Positions 39,125 through 41,784 of a stretch of 41,784 nucleotides of DNA are shown here, one piece after another. A model generated the notes under the pieces. That model was given only the letters and a program-made list of their open reading frames with translations, was not told where the DNA came from and did no database searches. How positions within the stretch are numbered: position 1 is the first letter of the stretch; each line of letters begins with the position of its first letter. The DNA comes from a virus. Position numbers and translations under genes: made by a program. The DNA is taken from IMG/VR virus record IMGVR_UViG_3300045988_061699, positions 1-41,784 of that record. The stretch is one strand, 5' to 3'.

Positions 39125-39935
39125 AGCCTTGACGCCGCAGCAGTACGAAGAACGCAAGGCGAACGTTTACAATGCATCTGCCGGGCATCTGGACGAGGTG
39201 GACGGCTACACCTGCGACATTTGCAAAAACCGGGGCTACACGGCCGCAGTAAAGTACAACGAAGCCTTTGGCTACTACTACGAGACGCTTGTGCCGTGCA
39301 AGTGCCAGCGGGTGCGAGATGCGCTTCGGCGGCTGCAAACGTCCGGCCTGAAAAACGTCGTGAAAGAATTTACTTTCGATCGCTACGAAGCCACCGACGA
39401 ATGGCAGCAGAGGCTGAAAGACAAAGCAATGCAGTTTTGCAAGGACGATGCGCATACCTGGCTTTTTATGGGCGGGCAGAGCGGCGCAGGCAAGACCCAT
39501 CTATGCACGGCCGTAACGGTGCACTACATCCGCAAAGGCAAAGAGGCGAGATATATGCTGTGGAGAGACGAAATCGCCCAAATCAAGGCCATTGTGACGG
39601 ATTCAGCAGCATATGCGGCACGGATGGACGCCCTGAAGAAAACCCCGGTGCTGTACATTGACGACCTTTTCAAGGGCGGGCAGGGCGAAGGCGGTCAATT
39701 CCGAGCCCCCACAGAGGCCGACATCAAGGCGGCATTTGAGATTATCAACTATCGCTACAACAACCCGGATTTGATTACAATCATCTCGAGCGAGCGCACG
39801 ATCGGCGAGTTGAGCCAGATCGACGAGGCTATTGCAGGGCGGATTGCAGAGCGCGCAAAGGCCGCCGGGTATTGTCTGAGCATCAAACGCGACCCTGGGA
39901 GAAATTGGCGGCTGAAAGACATTGAGGAGGTGTGA
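39066..39935 (+). CDS. DnaC/IstB-like AAA+ helicase loader
   Basis: ATG 39066. Walker A GGQSGAGKTHL and Walker B VLYIDDL. Has an N-terminal CxxC...CKC zinc-like cluster. Confidence 0.85.
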   Translation: MTEWKELALPTRIKSGRGFEALTPQQYEERKANVYNASAGHLDEVDGYTCDICKNRGYTAAVKYNEAFGYYYETLVPCKCQRVRDALRRLQTSGLKNVVKEFTFDRYEATDEWQQRLKDKAMQFCKDDAHTWLFMGGQSGAGKTHLCTAVTVHYIRKGKEARYMLWRDEIAQIKAIVTDSAAYAARMDALKKTPVLYIDDLFKGGQGEGGQFRAPTEADIKAAFEIINYRYNNPDLITIISSERTIGELSQIDEAIAGRIAERAKAAGYCLSIKRDPGRNWRLKDIEEV

Positions 39936-39937
39936 GC

Positions 39938-40345
39938 ATGACGGCACGGGAGTACGTCAAGCAGCTGGAGCGTATCGACATCCTGATAGCAAGCAAGGCT
40001 GCCGAAAAAGCCCGTTGGGAGGCGCTGGCACTGGATACAGGCGCGCGGCAGTCCGGTGACAGGGTGCAAGCGAGCGGGAACCAGCAAAAAATGGCTGGTG
40101 CGGTGGAAAGCGCAGTGGATATTGACGCCGAAATTGCCAGCTTGCAGGCACAGCGGCACGAGATCACAAGAACGCTGGAGAGGCTGCAAGGAGATGAGTT
40201 CTGGATGCTCAACACCGTGTACGGAAAGCACATATCCATTGGTCAGGCAGCGTGGGAGCGCGGCAAGTCTTACAGCTGGGGGCGGACGCTGCACAACCGC
40301 GCAATGGAAAACCTCGAAAAAATCCTGAATGGCTATATAGTTTGA
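39938..40345 (+). CDS. putative late-gene transcriptional regulator (sigma-70 region-4-like, RinA/DUF1492-like)
   Basis: ATG 39938 (RBS GAGGAGG); 135 aa. Coiled N-terminal half, then ...LQGDEFWMLNTVYGKHISIGQAAWERGKSYSWGRTLHNRAMENLEKIL (HTH). It is the last early gene before the packaging module. Confidence 0.5.
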   Translation: MTAREYVKQLERIDILIASKAAEKARWEALALDTGARQSGDRVQASGNQQKMAGAVESAVDIDAEIASLQAQRHEITRTLERLQGDEFWMLNTVYGKHISIGQAAWERGKSYSWGRTLHNRAMENLEKILNGYIV

Positions 40346-40388
40346 TTACATTTGTTTACGAGTTGTTACATACTGCGAAAAATAACGC

Positions 40389-40417
40389 TAGACAGACGAA
40401 AAACAGGGTGCTATAAT
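40389..40417 (+). promoter_or_regulatory. strong promoter TAGACA-17-TATAAT with TGc extended -10
   Basis: -35 at 40389-40394 and -10 at 40412-40417. Lies 44 nt downstream of the regulator stop. Confidence 0.7.
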
Positions 40418-40437
40418 ATAGGCAGTGAAGAAGGAAA

Positions 40438-40470
40438 GCGCCAGCGGCATAGCCGCCAGGCGCTTTTTTT
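40438..40470 (+). terminator. intrinsic terminator about 15-45 nt downstream of the predicted transcription start
   Basis: Two-part GC stem (40438-40442/40459-40463 and 40444-40448/40452-40456), ATA loop, T7 at 40464-40470. Confidence 0.8.
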
Positions 40471-40611
40471 ATCCGGTGGCGTGTGATGTGCCAGCGGGCG
40501 GGAAGCGTTCTTTGGTACCTTTCGTTTGCGCTCCGTCCGTCAAATAGTGACCTTCCTGGGGCGGTGTACTCGGTGCATCGCCTATGGCGCACACACCGAC
40601 ACCATGCCCTT

Positions 40612-40637
40612 GCAGGCGGCATTGTAGCCTGCTTTTT
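40612..40637 (+). terminator. putative intrinsic terminator
   Basis: gcaggc/gcctgc 6-bp stem, 9-nt loop, T5 at 40633-40637. Confidence 0.5.
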
Positions 40638-40760
40638 ACGTGCTTTGTGAGGCTGGTACCCAAATCAAAGCTAAAGGTTTTGTTCCCCGTGCCGTGTGGC
40701 GGGTAAGTTCGCACGGGCGGTCCTACACGCAAAGTAGGAGGGGCGGAAACGCCCCAATAT

Positions 40761-40836
40761 GCCGTCATAGCTCAGTTGGCAGAGCGGCTGTCTTGTAAGC
40801 AGCAGGTCGAGGGTTCGATTCCTTCTGACGGCTCCA
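40761..40836 (+). tRNA. tRNA-Thr (anticodon UGU), CCA encoded
   Basis: Hand-folded cloverleaf: GCCGTCA/TGACGGC acceptor, GCTC-AGTTGGCA-GAGC D arm, GCTGT-CTTGTAA-GCAGC anticodon arm, AGGTC variable loop, GAGGG-TTCGATT-CCTTC T arm, T, CCA. 76 nt. Confidence 0.9.
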
Positions 40837-40895
40837 AAGCCGGCGACCCGCTAAAATAGCTGAATCGGACGCGGTTCGGAGTTCGCGGTAGGCGG

Positions 40896-40937
40896 CCCCC
40901 GCACGCCTCTTCACAATGCGTACCATGCGGGGGTTTT
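40896..40937 (+). terminator. hairpin plus T4 (terminator-like or processing element) abutting tRNA-Gln
   Basis: 8-bp stem cccccgca/tgcggggg (40896-40903 with 40926-40933), 22-nt loop, TTTT at 40934-40937. Confidence 0.4.
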
Positions 40938-40939
40938 GT

Positions 40940-41013
40940 TGGGCTGTGGCCAAACGGTAAGGCATGGGGCTTTGACCCCCAGATAGCAGGTTCGACACCT
41001 GCCAGCCCAACCA
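40940..41013 (+). tRNA. tRNA-Gln (anticodon UUG), CCA encoded
   Basis: TGGGCTG/CAGCCCA acceptor with U1-A72 as in bacterial tRNA-Gln. GCC-AAACGGTAA-GGC D arm, TGGGG-CTTTGAC-CCCCA anticodon arm, GATA variable loop, GCAGG-TTCGACA-CCTGC T arm, A, CCA. 74 nt. Confidence 0.85.
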
Positions 41014-41059
41014 ATGGGCGAGCCGGGCACAGGATAAGCTCGGAGGGCGGGACGCGCTG

Positions 41060-41086
41060 CCCCTCATGGCGCAAAGGGGATTTTTT
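41060..41086 (+). terminator. putative intrinsic terminator after the tRNA pair
   Basis: cccct/agggg 5-bp stem (41060-41064 with 41075-41079), 10-nt loop, then a and T6 (41081-41086). Confidence 0.45.
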
Positions 41087-41114
41087 GAGGGATTTAGTTT
41101 GAGGGGGCTAATTT

Positions 41115-41784
41115 ATGGACGTTGTACAGAAAAAATTGTCCGAACTTATCCCATACGACAAAAACGCCAAAAAGCACGATAAAAAGCAGATTGATAACGT
41201 GGCCGAAAGTATCCGGCAGTATGGTTTTGTACAGCCGATTGTAATTGACCACGACGGCGTGATTGTTATCGGGCATTGCAGAGCGCTTGCGGCGAAAAAA
41301 GCTGGGCATGGAAACCGTGCCTTGCGTGTGCGTGGACGATTTGACACCTGAGCAGGTCAAAGCGCTGCGACTGGTAGATAATAAAAGCAACGAAAGCGAC
41401 TGGGATTTTGACCTGCTGGCAGATGAGCTGCCTGGGCTTGACCTATCTGCTTTTGACTTTGACTGGGGTCTGCGTGACGAGCTGGACGATTCTGTTGTAG
41501 AGGATGATTATGACCCTGTCATCCCGGCGGACCCAAAGAGTAAGCTGGGCGATGTGTACCAGCTTGGAGACCATCGCCTTATGTGCGGAGACAGCACGTC
41601 TTTGACAGACGTACATAAGCTCGTGGGGGGGGCACAAATGGATTTGCTGCTCACAGACCCCCCGTACAATGTGGACTATCAGGGCACCGCCGGGAAGATT
41701 AAGAACGACAATATGGAGGATACGGCATTCAGGCGTTTCCTGACGGATGCATTCTCCAATGCGGCAATGGTCATGAAGCCCGGT
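41115..41784 (+). CDS. ParB-like nuclease domain / DNA methyltransferase, N-terminal part, interrupted by a +1 frameshift at A6 (41295-41300); continues at base 1
   Basis: RBS GAGGGGG. Frame 0 gives ...IPYDKNAKKHDKKQIDNVAESIRQYGFVQPIVIDHDGVIVIGHCRALAAKK and then nonsense to the TGA at 41349. The +1 frame continues LGMETVPCVCVDDLTPEQVKALRLVDNKSNES...GDHRLMCGDST...DLLLTDPPYNV and is open to the window end. Confidence 0.8.
41666..41784 (+). repeat. exact 119-bp copy of bases 1-119 (circular-assembly overlap or terminal redundancy)
   Basis: Base-by-base identity from acaatgtggactatcag... to ...atgaagcccggt. Confidence 0.95.

Noticed and set aside
40837-40939. Possible third, degenerate tRNA between tRNA-Thr and tRNA-Gln (contains GGTTCGGAGTTCGCGG)
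   Set aside because: I could not fold an acceptor stem, anticodon arm or T arm. It is better explained as a spacer with a long hairpin.
40765-41074. Two ~100-aa minus-strand ORFs (40765-41067, 40772-41074)
   Set aside because: They overlap both tRNA genes and the hairpin between them. Their composition is not protein-like and there is no RBS.
1-41784. Diversity-generating retroelement, retron, CRISPR-Cas, toxin-antitoxin pairs or a large named defence system
   Set aside because: No reverse transcriptase, cas gene, repeat-spacer array or large ATPase/nuclease ORF is present. All accessory ORFs are under 240 aa. No TA pair could be supported from the sequence alone.

Overview
The window is a complete temperate siphovirus-type phage genome, not a chromosomal fragment. 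Bases 1-119 repeat exactly at 41666-41784, which gives a 41,665-bp circle or terminally redundant unit.

Gene order from the junction:
- A ParB-like/DNA methyltransferase gene spans the junction and carries a +1 frameshift at an A6 run.
- Packaging, head, tail and lysis genes lie on the + strand (740-20150): terS/terL, portal, a MuF-type minor head protein with a long C-terminal extension, scaffold, major capsid, head-tail joining genes, major tail protein, G/GT chaperones with a T_TTT_TTC -1 slippery site, tape measure, Dit and Tal-like proteins, two fibre genes, GH25 endolysin and holin.
- An accessory (moron) region follows (20342-25859). It holds a leftward 4-gene operon and a rightward 8-gene set of unrecognised, partly low-complexity proteins, interrupted by an AT-rich homing-endonuclease-like insert.
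- Next come attP (a tRNA 3-prime-end fragment plus arm-type repeats), a tyrosine integrase, two XRE repressor-like genes, a consensus rightward promoter with a Cro-like gene, an antisense moron with its own consensus promoter, and an antirepressor.
- The early region continues with a 430-bp purine-rich GATG-repeat spacer, recombination genes (Gp157, Rad52-like, SSB, RusA), nucleotide/DNA-modification-like genes (DUF3310, C5-MTase-like, ThyX-like) and replication genes (replisome organiser with internal ori-like repeats, DnaC-like loader).
- The circle closes with a late regulator, a promoter followed by a series of terminators, and two tRNAs (Thr-UGU, Gln-UUG).

I saw no CRISPR array, rRNA, transposase or reverse transcriptase. 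The host is inferred only loosely as a GC-rich Clostridia-like Firmicute. All family calls come from reading the translations and DNA by eye; nothing was checked against a database.
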